In this document: positions 62,464 to 64,000 of the stretch, piece after piece
Layout: each line of letters opens with the position of its first letter
Numbering within the stretch: the first letter of the stretch is position 1
DNA from: Anolis carolinensis
Taxonomy: Eukaryota
Length of the DNA: 64,000 bases
Direction of reading: 5' to 3'
NCBI RefSeq assembly: GCF_035594765.1
Contig: NC_085844.1
Span: 13,593,923 to 13,657,922, forward strand
The notes under the pieces: model-generated
What the model was told of the DNA's origin: nothing
Seen by the model: only the letters and a program-made list of their open reading frames with translations
Database searches by the model: none
Made by a program: the position numbers and the translations under genes

Positions 62464-63612
62464 TGTCAAGGACAGAACGCCACAAGATTCAAAGTAACAG
62501 AGTTTATTAGATTACAGAACTCAAAAATGCCCGTAAAACACAAGGGCCAGGCAGTTTTTGCCTTTAGGAGCAAAAAGGGGCAAAAGTAAATGTTCAAAAG
62601 ATAAACCGGATTAAACCGGAGTTTAATCCGGGTAAAAACAAACTGCTTGCTTCAGCCTGGGTATAAACGAAACGAAAGCCAAGGAACAAAAGATACAAAG
62701 AATGCAACTAATTGGCAGCAGATTCCTCTCTGCTGCCAACACTGTGCTTAGAGTAACTTGCGTCGCTCCCCCACACACACAGCAGACAGGATCTCCAACA
62801 CGAGTAAATCAGCCAAGGATTGTAGCAGTTGAGTAGACCAGTTCCGTTCCGTAGATCAAAGCCAGAAGCAGACGTTTGTAGTTTTTCCAAGTCCAAGAAG
62901 GGGGGAAGACAAGCCGTGGTCAGTTCAGTCCGAGTTCTCAAAGCAGGAGATGGCGTCCGTCAAGAAGACGACGGAGGGTCAAGCTAATAAGAGTAAGCAC
63001 AGGTTTGCACAAACAAATGCCCACACAATCCCTCCCGCCGTCTGACCCTGGATTCCAATCAACTTACGTCACAGCACAGGAAAGCACACAAGTCTTCAGG
63101 GAAGCGTCCCACACACACACGGATCCCAAGCGTTTGCCCAGATTACCTTGCCCAACGCAATTTGCAATTGCTCCCAAGCCCCATTTTATGCCAGTTACAA
63201 ATCTTCATCACTGTCAGCTGTCCTCCTTAACCCGGGCGTTTCCTCATCACTTTCCTCGTCAGAGCTGGAACACCTCTGACTACGCCCAACAGCATCTCCA
63301 GCTGTGGATCCCGTCCCATCCCTCCAGCTAAACCATGGGTCTAATCCTGAAGGTCCCCATTCATCTTCTGTCCCATCATGGCCAGTGGCACCCACTTCCT
63401 CCCTTACCCGAGTCCAATCCATCTCATCCTCCTCTGAGCTAACCAGCCCCTCCTCCATTCTCTCCGTAAACCCTTCGAAAGACTCCTCGTCAGATGGTGC
63501 TGCAAATATGTCTCGCAGTCTTTTTCTCTCTCGCTCCTCGAGAGTATCTGACTCTCGAGGAGTCTTACGCCCACGTCTGTCAGTAACAGAGCCATGAGGC
63601 TCAATCATAACA
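62464..63612 (-). mobile_element. 3' LTR (~1149 bp) of a Ty3/Gypsy retrotransposon
   Basis: Minus strand: PPT GAGAGGGGATAG immediately before TGTTA (63612); ends TGACA (62464); AATAAA at 62503-62508; TATA-like CATAAAA at ~63184-63190. Confidence 0.82.
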
Positions 63613-64000
63613 CTATCCCCTCTCACAAAGGCCTCCTCCCCCGATGGCGGAGAAGTGGCAGTGATACCCTCCGCTATAGCACCACGACGACTAGAGGTAT
63701 CAAGTTTCAACAGCGAACGATGAAAGACTGGATGGACCTTTAAACTAGACGGTAAACGCAAACGAAACGCAACAGAAGAAATCTTTTTAACGATAGGAAA
63801 GGGACCCAAATACCGAGGCGCAAACTTTCCCCCAGCCTGTTTAATATGTTTGGAAGATAACCACACCAAATCCCCTTCTTCCAACTCCTCCCCTGCCTGC
63901 CTGTGGCGGTCAGCCTGAGTCTTCTGCGTTGCCTTAGCTTCCAACAGTAAGCGACGGGCAACATCATGCAATGCAGCCATTTCCGAAGAGCGGTACACAG
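63195..64000 (-). CDS. Ty3/Gypsy pol C-terminus: integrase GPY/F module plus long acidic tail (5' part outside window)
   Basis: GDLVWLSSKHI...KFAPRYLGPFPIVKKISSVAFRLRLPSSLKVHPVFHRSLLK is the GPY/F module of chromovirus/sushi-type integrases; frame open to TAA at 63195-63197; CpG-rich. Confidence 0.9.
   Translation of the reverse strand, partial: VYRSSEMAALHDVARRLLLEAKATQKTQADRHRQAGEELEEGDLVWLSSKHIKQAGGKFAPRYLGPFPIVKKISSVAFRLRLPSSLKVHPVFHRSLLKLDTSSRRGAIAEGITATSPPSGEEAFVRGDSVMIEPHGSVTDRRGRKTPRESDTLEERERKRLRDIFAAPSDEESFEGFTERMEEGLVSSEEDEMDWTRVREEVGATGHDGTEDEWGPSGLDPWFSWRDGTGSTAGDAVGRSQRCSSSDEESDEETPGLRRTADSDEDL

Overview
AT-rich, repeat-dense vertebrate genomic DNA. The repeat content (Sauria SINE, Vingi-partnered SINE, Penelope, R4/Dong, CR1, L2, RTE, hAT and Tc1/mariner MITEs) points to a squamate, most likely Anolis (inference). 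The window covers the PHF20L1 - TMEM71 - DNAAF11(LRRC6) block, which has the same gene order as human 8q24. It contains the 5' part of PHF20L1 on the minus strand (CpG-island promoter near 20.3 kb; coding exons at 12.1, 7.7, 7.3 and 6.1 kb, the last with a GC donor). TMEM71 exons lie on the plus strand at 35.5-42.3 kb (5' exons not located; a 138-N gap lies just upstream), and DNAAF11 exons 1-7 at 48.36-60.55 kb. An intact intronless phospholipid scramblase ORF sits between PHF20L1 and TMEM71. Most striking: (1) a young Ty3/Gypsy element whose integrase frame runs through the PPT across U3 of the 3' LTR and, in place of a chromodomain, carries DIFAAPSDEESFEGF, a close match to the LEDGF/p75 IBD-binding motif of CDCA7L/JPO2; (2) a DNAAF11 promoter built as an ~84-bp near-perfect palindrome centred on an RFX X-box, with a tandemly duplicated X-box/MYB/CCAAT module; (3) the PLSCR retrogene; (4) minimal hammerhead ribozyme motifs in Penelope copies. 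Gene and family names are from my recollection of reference sequences; no searches were run. TE boundaries without a cited TSD or TIR are approximate.
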